From Candidatus Paceibacter sp. (lineage in GTDB: Bacteria > Patescibacteriota > Minisyncoccia > Phycocordibacterales > BOKC01): a DNA stretch of 64,000 nt. Under the pieces are notes generated by a model. The model saw only the letters and a list, made by a program, of their open reading frames with translations. It searched no databases and was not told the DNA's origin. The position numbers and the translations under genes are program-made. The stretch spans positions 3,103 through 67,102 of the forward strand of contig DYGD01000003.1 of assembly GCA_020724885.1 (NCBI GenBank). The letters run 5' to 3'. Of this stretch, positions 26,890 through 36,983 are shown piece after piece (position 1 is the stretch's first letter; every line of letters begins with the position of its first letter).

Positions 26890-27756
26890 CTAAATAAGTT
26901 TACAGGTAAAATACTGACATGCTGGAGGGCCAGTTTCACTCCCCCAAATTTCTTTTACATATTCTTCGCATTCTTCTGGTGTGTTGAATTGTATTTGTGT
27001 TCGGTAGTTCATAACGACTTTCCGGTCGCCAACGCATTGATCTGGTGATGTTTCTTCCACATCTCCGTTCAACGCATAAACTGTCGGCCCAAAACAACGC
27101 CAGGCTTGACAGCTTTGGGATGGTCCTTCAAATTGTTCCCTTAACCACATTGTTTCAGAAACTTTTCTGGCGAACCGATCATTTTGGAAGAATTCTGCCA
27201 ACCAGAGCTGGCATGCTTCCGGACTTGATCTAGTAATCCCTTCATCACCCCGCTGACTAAAATCATAAGAACAAGAAAACTGTTTTTTTTGAAATGTGTT
27301 TTGAAGCACCTCGATAGAATATTTTGGCAATGTGGGTTGTGGTGGAGTTGGTTGTATTGGCGGTAGTGGTTCAATGCCGATTCGCAGAGATAAAATATTT
27401 GGATTAATGGTGTATAAAATCAGATAAGCGGCAATGGCCAGAATCAAACCGAGCACGGCTTTGGTAATTTTTTCCTTCCCCTCCTCTTTGCCCGTGAAAG
27501 AGTCGGTGGTGATATATTGAATCCCACCAATCATAATTACGATTACCGCCAAGACCCCGGCAATTCCTATCAAAATAGCGAAAGCGCCACTTAGGTAAGA
27601 AACCAAATTTATTTTTTCTCCGGCTTCCGGAGTAACTCCCGGAATCGGCGCCAAAGGCACATAGCCAGCATCTTGAGCAAAAATCAAAAATGGCGTCGCG
27701 ATTAGCGTTAAAGTAATTATTAAAATAATTGTTTTGGCGACTATTTTTATTTTCAT
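26890..27756 (-). CDS. VirB2/TrbC-like pilin with Pro linker and Cys-rich C-terminal extension
   Basis: AGVLAVIVIMIGGIQYIT..GKEKITKAVLGLILAIAAYLILYTINP pilin motif. Confidence 0.75.
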   Translation of the reverse strand: MKIKIVAKTIILIITLTLIATPFLIFAQDAGYVPLAPIPGVTPEAGEKINLVSYLSGAFAILIGIAGVLAVIVIMIGGIQYITTDSFTGKEEGKEKITKAVLGLILAIAAYLILYTINPNILSLRIGIEPLPPIQPTPPQPTLPKYSIEVLQNTFQKKQFSCSYDFSQRGDEGITRSSPEACQLWLAEFFQNDRFARKVSETMWLREQFEGPSQSCQAWRCFGPTVYALNGDVEETSPDQCVGDRKVVMNYRTQIQFNTPEECEEYVKEIWGSETGPPACQYFTCKLI

Positions 27757-28745
27757 TGCGATAAATTAATTGAAACATCGGTGCCGGTATTTTGTAGTAA
27801 GCGGTTTTTATGCCGAACCGATACCGAGATTTCCGCTTGCCCCGTCGCTTGCTCTTCATTTCTCAAAGTAATTAAGCTTTGATTGCCGGTGGTTCTAATC
27901 GTCTGCCCGCTCTGTCGCCAGACATATTCCAGGTCGCGACTTTCTCTGAAAAAAGTTGAAAAAGAATAAGGGATGGCCGATAAAACTATTTCTCTGTCTT
28001 TTAATTCAAAATTTTGCAGGGCGCGGTTGAAAAGCAGTCCGTAAAGCGGGCTGTCTTCGTATATCAGAACCTGTGGATCGGTGTTAATGATGGTGGCGGT
28101 TTTCTCGGCCCGCATTGAATTGTTCTGCGTCGCCACTACGACTTTTATGCCTATCGGCCTAGTGATCGGGCCGGCGCCTATGGTTATCCGGTCGCGACCG
28201 ACCCCGGACAAATCTCTTAATAAGAGATTTTCTCTATACCAACTGTAAACCAAATTTTTCGGGTCAGCCATTCCGCCTTGGCTGTCTAAAAACAAAGGAA
28301 TAGCGGAGACCGTAATCTCACTGCGGTCGGTGAAAAGTGATCGGCCGGAATAAAACGGCGGGCTGTAGGTCTCGGCGTTCCAGACGATATTCACTTCCGC
28401 CGGCCGGATCACTATTTCCCTTCTGAAAGTTTGCCCCTCAAAAGTTTTTAATTCCAGATTTAAGCGGGTGGTGTCACCGGGGGCGCCAGCGTTAAACTCA
28501 AAACGGGTATTGCCAATCCCACTTTCTGCCAATTCTCCGTCTATAAACCAAGCTACTTCAGCTTTTTTAAGGTCGGTTAAATTCAGCTCAATATTGGCGG
28601 TGATTGTTTCAAAAGGCGCTGGATTGGCCGGACGCAAATTAAGTTTCAAAAACTCGTTCAGGATTGGCATCTGGGCGCTGGCTGGAAAAGCAAGCAAAAG
28701 CAGGGGAAAAACCAAAGAAGTTAGTTTTAGAAAAATCCCTTTCAT
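27753..28745 (-). CDS. Secreted Ig-like-domain protein (T4SS locus)
   Basis: Signal peptide; W.AETYSPPFY.GR, Y.W motifs. Confidence 0.65.
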   Translation of the reverse strand: MKGIFLKLTSLVFPLLLLAFPASAQMPILNEFLKLNLRPANPAPFETITANIELNLTDLKKAEVAWFIDGELAESGIGNTRFEFNAGAPGDTTRLNLELKTFEGQTFRREIVIRPAEVNIVWNAETYSPPFYSGRSLFTDRSEITVSAIPLFLDSQGGMADPKNLVYSWYRENLLLRDLSGVGRDRITIGAGPITRPIGIKVVVATQNNSMRAEKTATIINTDPQVLIYEDSPLYGLLFNRALQNFELKDREIVLSAIPYSFSTFFRESRDLEYVWRQSGQTIRTTGNQSLITLRNEEQATGQAEISVSVRHKNRLLQNTGTDVSINLSQ

Positions 28746-28820
28746 TGCCCTAATTTTAGCATATTTAGACGCGGGCGCGGGTGAAGCTGTGAATTTTTTG
28801 CTCCTGGAACTGTTTGGAAT

Positions 28821-29267
28821 TCAAACCGGCTTAGCGACTTTGCCGATAGCAAGCAATTCCTCTCTTTTTTCAAAAAAAATAGTGAAAAATACGGAGGCGG
28901 TGATAGCCGGAAGTGGCGTCCAGGAAAACAGAAAACCCAAACCCATTGATGCTAGTTTTTTAGGTGTTAACATCCGAACTCCTTTTAATGAAAACCAGAA
29001 AAAGAAAATGCCATACGCCAAAACGCTGATGGCTAATCCGATTATTTGTCCAGCGATCGGTATAATGTTTATTAAGGCAATCAGGAGATCAAAAAAAATG
29101 GCGGTCCCGTACATTAAATACTTGGTTCCTTGGCTCAATTTCTCACCATTTCCACCGCTAGCCCTGGCTTTATTGGGCGAGGTATTAGGAGGCTCCTTTT
29201 TTTCTTGCCGTGGCCTAATATGATGCGCCTCTGTTTTTTGTTGCGCGGACTTTTGTTGTTCATCCAT
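28821..29267 (-). CDS. Small polytopic membrane protein (T4SS locus)
   Basis: Three to four hydrophobic segments. Confidence 0.65.
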   Translation of the reverse strand: MDEQQKSAQQKTEAHHIRPRQEKKEPPNTSPNKARASGGNGEKLSQGTKYLMYGTAIFFDLLIALINIIPIAGQIIGLAISVLAYGIFFFWFSLKGVRMLTPKKLASMGLGFLFSWTPLPAITASVFFTIFFEKREELLAIGKVAKPV

Positions 29268-29295
29268 TTTTATATTTTGTTATTTAGCCATTTGG

Positions 29296-31125
29296 TTATT
29301 TGTTCTCGGTTTCTTCTAGCTCCTGCTTGGCTTTTTTAATTGCCAGAATCTGCGACGGGTCGGAGGTGATAATCTGGTCTTCGGTGTAGGAAGCAATAAT
29401 TTTTATGGCCACGTGTTTTAAGCCGGCAAAGAAGATTCCCTCGCCAACTCCTGACTCTAAAAGCAGAAACTTTTCCTCGTCGGTCAGGTTAAAGACCTTT
29501 TGGAGTTTGTCTATTACGGTAGGCGATTGCTTAAGCAGGACCTGAATTGAAGAATTGGTGATAATCGGCAAACCGTAGGGTGATTTCAAAAAATCGTCAA
29601 CGTCTTGGGTGATAGTAGAAAGACCGAGATAGTATTTTCTCCCTCTTTTTGCCAAACTAAGCAAAAAAGAAGCCGTGTCTTCGGATTTCATCATCCACCA
29701 TGCCTCATCTATAACCAAAAGCCGTTTTTTCAGTTCTTTCCGGATAGCGTTCCAGATGTAATGCATAACTATATACATTGCCACTGGCTTTAGCTCGTCT
29801 TCCATATCGCGCAAAGAAAAAACGATAAATTTGCTGTTGATGTCTATGTTGGTTGGCTGATTGATAAAACCAGACCAGGTGCCGACGGTGTATTTTGTCA
29901 GACGTTGGGCTAAAGATTCAGCCCCCTCCATCCCCTTCAAGACCGTTTCAAAATCGGAAAGCAGAGGCGCTTCAACATTTGAGAAATCGGACTCGGTGGT
30001 GATATCTTTCAGGGCGTAGGTCTCGCTGATAGCGCGGTCAATAATGGCGTCTTCTTCCGGTGTCAAACCGCCTAGCATCAATCGGAAAAGTCCGACCAGG
30101 TTAATGATGTGCGAGCGCAAAACATCAGAACGAGATTCATCTTCGGCCGCAATCGGCAAGTCAAACGGGTTGATGTGGTGTTCTGATGTCAGTGAGATTT
30201 TAAAATAGCGACCGCCGATAGCATCAGCCATATATTCATATTCACGCTCCGGATCAATCACCATCACGTCGGTATCAAACATCAGAGTTCTCAAAATTTC
30301 TAGTTTTGTCGTGTAGCTTTTGCCGGAGCCGGATTTGGCGAAAATTACCGAGTTATAATTCTCCAAAGAGAAGCGATCAAAGAGAACCAAGCTAGAGTTG
30401 TGGCGGTTGATACCGTAGAGGATTCCCCGGTCCGAAGTCAAGTCAAAAGAGATGAAAGGAAACACGCTTGATAAGGGCGAAGAATTAAGTTTGGAGTGAA
30501 CTTCCAAAAGGTCGGTGCCGATTGGCACTACGCTTTTTAAGCCCTGCTCTTGTTGGAAAAGAGCCGGTTTGACATAGACAAGCTGGGCTTCCAGAATTGA
30601 CTTCATTTCTGTCTCTATTTTATCCATCTCTTCTTCGTTGTCGGCATAGATTGAAACATATAAACCAACGTCAAAAATTTTTTCTTGGGCTTGTTGCAGT
30701 TGATCGCGCAATGCTTCCAAGTCGGCATACGCGGTGTCAAGCATTGGGTCGCGGACCATACCTTTCTCTTCTCGGGTGTGGATCTGGCTCTGGATTTCCG
30801 CGACCTTTTTTTGGAATTGCTTTAAAATTCTGGCGGTGTCTATTGGGTGCACAAAAATTGAAACATCAAAAATTTTGTCCAAGTTTATAATCGGGGCAAA
30901 CCATCCTTCGGCCAAATATCTTGGATAAGAGATAACAAAATAAGTTCTGACAATTTTGTTGCCCAGATTCAATTCTCGCGGGCCTACTTTCAAAGCGCTG
31001 GGCGCGATAATATCTTTTAGCTCCAAAGCGCTGGCCCGATAAAGTTCTTGGGGCAGAATGAGATTTTCCTCCGCCTCCCCGCCCTCCTCATCTTTCTTTT
31101 TTTTGAACAAACCTAAAAAACTCAT
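29296..31125 (-). CDS. virB4: VirB4-like ATPase
   Basis: AKSGSGKS Walker A, VIDPEREY, VIDEAW, KRGRKY, ITQDV.DF; start set at ATG 31125. Confidence 0.9.
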   Translation of the reverse strand: MSFLGLFKKKKDEEGGEAEENLILPQELYRASALELKDIIAPSALKVGPRELNLGNKIVRTYFVISYPRYLAEGWFAPIINLDKIFDVSIFVHPIDTARILKQFQKKVAEIQSQIHTREEKGMVRDPMLDTAYADLEALRDQLQQAQEKIFDVGLYVSIYADNEEEMDKIETEMKSILEAQLVYVKPALFQQEQGLKSVVPIGTDLLEVHSKLNSSPLSSVFPFISFDLTSDRGILYGINRHNSSLVLFDRFSLENYNSVIFAKSGSGKSYTTKLEILRTLMFDTDVMVIDPEREYEYMADAIGGRYFKISLTSEHHINPFDLPIAAEDESRSDVLRSHIINLVGLFRLMLGGLTPEEDAIIDRAISETYALKDITTESDFSNVEAPLLSDFETVLKGMEGAESLAQRLTKYTVGTWSGFINQPTNIDINSKFIVFSLRDMEDELKPVAMYIVMHYIWNAIRKELKKRLLVIDEAWWMMKSEDTASFLLSLAKRGRKYYLGLSTITQDVDDFLKSPYGLPIITNSSIQVLLKQSPTVIDKLQKVFNLTDEEKFLLLESGVGEGIFFAGLKHVAIKIIASYTEDQIITSDPSQILAIKKAKQELEETENK

Positions 31126-31126
31126 A

Positions 31127-31768
31127 TTATTTTTCGTTAATTTTGATGGCCTTTTCGAGCTCTCCGGGGTTAAATGTTTTGTAAAACAATTCAACCACTT
31201 CTTCCGTTTTTAAGACCGCCGTTCTAAGACCAAAACTTATAAGCCCTTGTTCAATAACCGAGATTCTCTGCTCCAGTTGGGTGATGTTTTCTTCAAACCC
31301 GCTTTGTTGTGTGTCTTTTTTGGTTTCTTTTTTCCCGAATCTACCAAAAGAAATTTTGCCACCGGCTTTGCCGAGAATTGCCGGCGAGTATGGCACAATG
31401 ATAAAAAAATGCTTGGTCATTATATTTGTGCTTTCGGTGAAGGCCTTAATGAAGCCGATGTATTCTCTGACCTGGATTTTCATCAGGTCGCTCTTCTGTT
31501 CTCGCTCTCTTTCTTCGAGCAGGGTTATGTATGGCCGGATATCCAATCTTCTGGATTGGATGACAATTTGGATTGAAAAATCCAGAGAATTCAGAAGATT
31601 TTGGAACTGATAAATTATCGCTTTTCTTTCATCTTCTGACTTTAAGGCAAAATTTGTTGATGAAACCATCAAGACGGCCCTCAAGCTGTTGTCTTTTAAT
31701 TTTATTATTCCATCCCGAATTTCTTTTATTGGGACGAATTCTTGTGTCGCCTTCGCTGATAAAGCCAT
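31127..31768 (-). CDS. TraC/VirB4 N-terminal-like T4SS component
   Basis: ATQEFVPIKEIRDG, NFALKSEDE, LNSLDFSIQI; between prgI and virB4. Confidence 0.75.
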   Translation of the reverse strand: MALSAKATQEFVPIKEIRDGIIKLKDNSLRAVLMVSSTNFALKSEDERKAIIYQFQNLLNSLDFSIQIVIQSRRLDIRPYITLLEEREREQKSDLMKIQVREYIGFIKAFTESTNIMTKHFFIIVPYSPAILGKAGGKISFGRFGKKETKKDTQQSGFEENITQLEQRISVIEQGLISFGLRTAVLKTEEVVELFYKTFNPGELEKAIKINEK

Positions 31769-31825
31769 AAGAAATTTTATTGCAAACTTGGAAGATGCTA
31801 GAAGTTTACCCGCGGTGTTAATTCT

Positions 31826-32308
31826 TTATTCTCCGCTACCGCCCATTTTAACATTTTTTTCTGCCGTTTTTTGCGCCAAATTGCTATCCTTGTATCTTCT
31901 GATTTCAGCACCCTGCTCTTTTATGTCTAAGTTCCAAGTGAGCTCCTTTAGCTTGGAGCCGGACATTCGAGGAATCATACTACTGGCCGCTTTTTCGCGG
32001 ATAATTTCTTCGGCGATTTCAACTTTTGGATCCTGCTTTTTCCAGATATAAAGTTTCCCACCAGCCAGATACTTGAAAGCTGCCTCCAGAATTTCAATAA
32101 ACGGCTTATTGTTGATCTTCCAAAAAGCCAGAGCAATTCCCAACCCGCCCATTGGAATTATCAGAAAAAAAGCCAGGAATTTCGGCAGAGCGTTGTATAA
32201 AACGACGATAATCCCAGCCGTACCGGCCAGATAGATAAATTGTTTCAAGGTAAAAGGCCCGATAATCTTGTCTTCCACTTCTATAAATTGGGGGACTTGA
32301 AAACGCAT
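31826..32308 (-). CDS. prgI: PrgI-family (VirB3-like) protein
   Basis: FQVPQFIEVEDKIIGPFTLKQF plus two TM segments. Confidence 0.85.
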   Translation of the reverse strand: MRFQVPQFIEVEDKIIGPFTLKQFIYLAGTAGIIVVLYNALPKFLAFFLIIPMGGLGIALAFWKINNKPFIEILEAAFKYLAGGKLYIWKKQDPKVEIAEEIIREKAASSMIPRMSGSKLKELTWNLDIKEQGAEIRRYKDSNLAQKTAEKNVKMGGSGE

Positions 32309-32365
32309 GTCGTTTAATTACTCTAATTACTCTAATTTACCTAATTTCTAAACAAGCACCAATTT

Positions 32366-32641
32366 CTAATCTTCCCTAATCTTTTTATAAATGGAGTTAA
32401 AAATGAGATTTAATTCTTTTGCTTCGGTCCATAAAACTCTCGCCCTTTCTGCCATTTCAGGAACAGCTACTCCAGACATTCTTAAGAAGTGTTTTGATTC
32501 TCTTGATTCTTTCTTACAAATTCCGATCTTATGCCTGAAATCTTCCCTGCTCTCCGCGTCATCGGCTTCGCAGTAATTGGCACCGACACTTGTTCCAAAT
32601 TTAGCGGTTCTTTCTTCTAGAACATATTTGTCATCAGACAT
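32366..32641 (-). pseudogene. Four-helix-bundle (23S IVP/Avd-like) protein with apparent internal in-frame deletion
   Basis: LEERTAKFG joined directly to TSVGANYCEAD; flanked by TAATTACTC tandem repeats. Confidence 0.65.
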
Positions 32642-32661
32642 TGGGATTTTCTTAGGTCAAT

Positions 32662-33708
32662 TTACTCAGTCGGTTCTCTATACGGATCCTCGTTGTGATA
32701 TCTTTCTTTCCTGGCATTTTCAATTTCTCTCGGATTTCTTTTCAAATCAGGTTCTTTGGTTGGTAAATTTTCCGGTGCTTGGCTTTTGGGCCGAAAGTCG
32801 GTCTGTTTTGAATTTCCAAAGACCTGATTTTCAAATGGGGTTTTCGGAGCGTATGATGGCGGATGCTCTATTTCTTCAAGAATTTTATTTTTATCAAGGT
32901 CTTCTTCGTTGCTGTCGCCAATTTCGTCGTGTTGGCTTTCTATCTCAACACCGCCGACGCTTCCCTTCCAGTCAAAATCGTCTGTGCCCAAGTCGCGCGC
33001 CGGCTCCACTCCATACCTTCTTTCCGCTTGAGCCGAAGCGTCGGCGCTCAATCGCGCGCCCAAGTTTCCACTCTGTGAAAATCTGGGCTGGTCTTGTTTA
33101 CCTAAGTTTTCGGCCGGCGAAAATCTGGCGGGTCTAGTTTGGGCAGGAGAGGTTCCAGTTCTCGGTTCTGTGGTCGGCGGGACGTATCTTTTTTCTGGAG
33201 TGCTTGTCGCTTTGGGCGTTTGGGGAATTTGCGCCAACTCTTGCCGAAGCCGTCTCAAGGATTCCCCATCGCCGTTTTTTGGTTTTGAAGCGGTTGGTGG
33301 AGAGTAGACCTCCGGTTCCCTTTTAAAAGCTTCGGAGGGGGTACCCTCTTTCCGGTCTTCCCCCTTCCCCTCTTCGTTTTCTGGTTCTAGAGAATTTTCA
33401 ATTGCTTCAAGGGTTTCTTCTACTGGTTGGAATATATTTTTATAAACATCCAATGCGATTGAGGTTGCCCGATCCAACCCGACTTCCAACCCCCTTTTTA
33501 CATTTCCCGTATAATCGCTCAAATCAGACAAGCCCAGCAAGACAAGATAGGTTTCGTCTTTCAATCTGGTCAGCTGATCTTCGCTGATACTGTGGGCGGT
33601 AGCAATTGCTTGGAATTTGTCCTTGAGACCCGGGTCCGTTATTACCGCCTTCAGATCTTCAGGCAGGATCGGATAAATCTCCTCTATTGTTTTTTGTAAT
33701 TCGTCCAT
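32662..33708 (-). CDS. Hypothetical protein: helical N-terminus, long low-complexity linker, DPYREP C-terminus
   Basis: ORF in the T4SS operon. Confidence 0.7.
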   Translation of the reverse strand: MDELQKTIEEIYPILPEDLKAVITDPGLKDKFQAIATAHSISEDQLTRLKDETYLVLLGLSDLSDYTGNVKRGLEVGLDRATSIALDVYKNIFQPVEETLEAIENSLEPENEEGKGEDRKEGTPSEAFKREPEVYSPPTASKPKNGDGESLRRLRQELAQIPQTPKATSTPEKRYVPPTTEPRTGTSPAQTRPARFSPAENLGKQDQPRFSQSGNLGARLSADASAQAERRYGVEPARDLGTDDFDWKGSVGGVEIESQHDEIGDSNEEDLDKNKILEEIEHPPSYAPKTPFENQVFGNSKQTDFRPKSQAPENLPTKEPDLKRNPREIENARKERYHNEDPYREPTE

Positions 33709-33725
33709 TGTTTTTTTGATTTTTA

Positions 33726-35693
33726 TTATTGGGGTTTTTTGTCTCCGCCTGCGTCTTTATCTTTCTTTTCCTCGTCTTTTATCAGTTTCTTGAGCGTATC
33801 TTCCAAGGAATCTTTGGGTCCTTCAATTTTTTCTCCGACCTTGGCCTTTCTTACTTTTTCGGCTATTTCCTTACGCCTCTTTTTGCTAAGAGAAACAAGT
33901 AGTGTGCCAGTTTTGACTTGTGTTTTTTTATCGGTAAAAGGTATCCTTATTTTTATTGAAGGTCCTTCTTCTATCTTGCTTGCGCTCAGTTCTTGGATTT
34001 CTTTAAGTATTTCAGGGTCTATTTTTCCTTCCCGCTTTATCTCTCTTTCTTGCTCCTCTTTCTTTTTTCTGGCTTCTTGTATCGCTTTGTCGTATTTTGC
34101 ATTTATTGAGGCAACAACATCAGCGCTTGAAGTCCCGAGTTTTTGCGCCCTCGCTTGCTCGATGTCTCTTCCGGCATTTATTGTTTGTTCGTCCGATTGG
34201 AGTTTGGTGTTTAATTCTTCTATTCTTTTTTCGGTAGTTTGCTCTCTCGCCTTACGCTCATTTGATTTTCTTTCTGCTTCAGCTTTTGCGCTGTCATAAG
34301 CCCCCTTTCTCTTCTTTGTCTTTGCGTTTAAATTAGCTCCTGAAGGCCCCTTGCTACCAAACTTGCTTTTGCCGACCGCGCCGAGAGGAGCTCTAAGAGC
34401 CGACCCAACCAGTGTGTTGCCGAAGCGGGTTTTTCCAAGCCACGAGTCCGCTCCCGCTGCCAATCTTCCGGTATGTCTTGCTGGCGCGCTGGCCACTCTT
34501 TTGCTCGCGTTGGTCGCCCATTTCACCGCTTTTTCTCCGCCTTGAACCCCGAGTATTTTTGCGGCGATTATTGAGAATATTGCCATGCCGATGATTATTA
34601 TGAAATTCAGAACCAATTGAATACTGCCTTCCTTACCCGGTTCAAAAACCCCCTTTTGACCTTCTGTTGGAATTAAATCTACAAAGGATGCTTGGTTGTT
34701 GCCAACCACATCGCCCAAGATAACTAAAGTAACCCAAATCAGGGCCAAAAAAGCTGGCGCAAAAATTGCTTGAGAAATCAGAGCGTCCCACCATTTCTTG
34801 GACCATTTGTCGTTGGGTAAGGCCATTGCGGCGAAAGCTAGTGGCGACAAGATCATCAAAAATATGAAAACAACGAATCTGATCACAAGAAGTATGGCGG
34901 CGGCGGCAAAAACAAAAGCAACAATCATAAAAAGAAGTGAGGCGAGAAATCCCAACAATAGAATATTTATAAAACCCTTTCGCCCTCCTAATAATTTCGC
35001 CGCTCCGGCAGGATCCAAAAAGCTCTGCATCCCGAGCTTCTGCATAAAAGCTCCGGAAAGCCCCATATCGCCACCCGCATCTTTTATTTGTTCGTAGAAA
35101 AAAGTCGCGGTTATATTGGAGGTGTCAATAACCACTTTGGTGAAAAACAAACTGAAATTCAAGAGTAGAGCCATAATGACCACATGGACCAAGAGTTTTT
35201 TGGTGGTGGCAGTATCCATCCGCAATATGGTCATTATGGCGATATAGAGAATAATGAAAATAAAGAATATGTTGGCCAGGTCCCTGAAGGTTGACCACGC
35301 AGTATTTATACTAACCATTCCTCTGACCATTTCAGACATTTCCACAATGGTGTAGCTTATTGTCGTGTTTAGCAATAATCCGGACAAACCGAGCACCCAG
35401 CCGGCTATCATGAGTAGTAAACCAGCGACCCAGCCGGCTAAAAATTCTGCTACCTTTTCACCACATTTAGATATGTTTCTAAGGCCACATTTGTCGTTAT
35501 CTGCTTCTATATGCGCGGATGAATTTGCACTGGTGCCGTGAGCAATTCCTGCGCTGTTAACAGAAGTATCTAGCGCATTTACAATATTTCTATCAAAATT
35601 GTCAAAAGGAAAGGGTGCCACTGCGGTAAACAAAAATACCCCGATCATTGCCAGAGAAAATATTATTTTCTGTTTTTTGTTGACGTTAAACAT
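33726..35693 (-). CDS. virB6: Extended VirB6/TrbL-like membrane protein
   Basis: WSTFRDLANIFFIFIILYIAI, LLNFSLFFTKVVID, ILSPLAF, many TMs, charged C-terminal tail. Confidence 0.8.
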   Translation of the reverse strand: MFNVNKKQKIIFSLAMIGVFLFTAVAPFPFDNFDRNIVNALDTSVNSAGIAHGTSANSSAHIEADNDKCGLRNISKCGEKVAEFLAGWVAGLLLMIAGWVLGLSGLLLNTTISYTIVEMSEMVRGMVSINTAWSTFRDLANIFFIFIILYIAIMTILRMDTATTKKLLVHVVIMALLLNFSLFFTKVVIDTSNITATFFYEQIKDAGGDMGLSGAFMQKLGMQSFLDPAGAAKLLGGRKGFINILLLGFLASLLFMIVAFVFAAAAILLVIRFVVFIFLMILSPLAFAAMALPNDKWSKKWWDALISQAIFAPAFLALIWVTLVILGDVVGNNQASFVDLIPTEGQKGVFEPGKEGSIQLVLNFIIIIGMAIFSIIAAKILGVQGGEKAVKWATNASKRVASAPARHTGRLAAGADSWLGKTRFGNTLVGSALRAPLGAVGKSKFGSKGPSGANLNAKTKKRKGAYDSAKAEAERKSNERKAREQTTEKRIEELNTKLQSDEQTINAGRDIEQARAQKLGTSSADVVASINAKYDKAIQEARKKKEEQEREIKREGKIDPEILKEIQELSASKIEEGPSIKIRIPFTDKKTQVKTGTLLVSLSKKRRKEIAEKVRKAKVGEKIEGPKDSLEDTLKKLIKDEEKKDKDAGGDKKPQ

Positions 35694-35695
35694 TT

Positions 35696-36982
35696 TTACA
35701 GCGCCTTAGTTCGTGCAATGACGGGCGATGAAAGATTTGATTCCCCCGCTTCATTGAAAGCCGAGATCTGATAGATGTATTCGGTGTCGGGCAATAGACC
35801 AACGTCGGTAAAAATGGTTTCAATGGTTGTGACGATCGCCTCCCCGTTTCTAAAAACTCGATAATTTATTGATCCAACTTGGCCGACTGACGCTTCCCAG
35901 CTCAAACTTATATTTGATTGGGTAATTTCTGTCGCGGTCAATTTTTCCGGAGTCAAAGGAACAAAACTTCTGGTCGGGACGATAAACTTGCCTTGGCTAT
36001 CTTTCTCTCGGGTGTCTGATGCCTCTTTTAAACCACCGCTACTCAAAACGCTGGTTATAAGATTGCTAGAAAGGGCTTGCAAAATCCGATCAAAACTATC
36101 GGCCGTTTCAAGCTCTCGTAATTCGGAGCCCAAAACCTGATCCAAGCTGTTGGCGATTGTTTTCCCGGGAGTGATGATGTTGCCCCCGTCGTCGGTTAGA
36201 GAAAAGAAGCCGTCGCCCCAATTCAACTTCATCAGTTCTATATTTTGAGCGCTGGAAATTCTGGCGCCGAGTTCTGTTTCGGCCGCCAACAGCGCGCCAT
36301 AAGCGTTGTTTTGTGGCTGAATAATTTGGAACCATCCGTCCCAACCGCCGACAGCAAAACCGTCCGGCTTGGTGAAAGCGGCATAATTTTCAGCATTACT
36401 GATGGCCCCATCAAGGGTGCAGGACCATTGAGATCTTTGAGGTTCAGAGCGACCACTGTAGCGGAAATCAAGTAAGCTTCTCAAATTAAAACCAAAATCA
36501 GGAATGTTGGTTTGAAATGGTTGACAGAGAGAATTAAGCCCAGACCCATTTATAAATTCACCGGAAACTTGGTCGGCAATATCCAAAAAATATCTGCTCG
36601 GATCGGAAACAAAAGCCGGACCACCGTTAAATTCAGAATAAATCCATTTGATCATACTACTTGTCAGTTGCCCGGTAATTTCGCTGGAAATCTGACGAGC
36701 AATAAAGTCATGACTGGTCGGCGCCAGCCCAGCGGCCATGCCTGGACTAGGAGACAGAGGATGAATGCCCGGCACCTGGCCGACTTCTTTGGCGGTTTGA
36801 GCGCCCGCGGCAATGGCGGTTTGCGTTTGCAAAGTATTGAGTTGAGTGCCAAGCAGGGCGTCAATCGGCACATACGGATACTGCTGGGCTTCCGAGAAAT
36901 TCGGGTTGGAAAAAATCCCCACAATCAACGCAAAAAAACCTGCCGAAACCAGCCCGTATTTTTTTCTTTTAGAAATGTTCAT
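35696..36982 (-). CDS. Secreted T4SS-locus protein with C-terminal fibronectin type III domain
   Basis: Signal/TM; GGWDGW..N.YG; LSW..YRVFRNG..GLLPDTEYIYQISAFNEAGES. Confidence 0.75.
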   Translation of the reverse strand: MNISKRKKYGLVSAGFFALIVGIFSNPNFSEAQQYPYVPIDALLGTQLNTLQTQTAIAAGAQTAKEVGQVPGIHPLSPSPGMAAGLAPTSHDFIARQISSEITGQLTSSMIKWIYSEFNGGPAFVSDPSRYFLDIADQVSGEFINGSGLNSLCQPFQTNIPDFGFNLRSLLDFRYSGRSEPQRSQWSCTLDGAISNAENYAAFTKPDGFAVGGWDGWFQIIQPQNNAYGALLAAETELGARISSAQNIELMKLNWGDGFFSLTDDGGNIITPGKTIANSLDQVLGSELRELETADSFDRILQALSSNLITSVLSSGGLKEASDTREKDSQGKFIVPTRSFVPLTPEKLTATEITQSNISLSWEASVGQVGSINYRVFRNGEAIVTTIETIFTDVGLLPDTEYIYQISAFNEAGESNLSSPVIARTKAL

Positions 36983-36983
36983 T

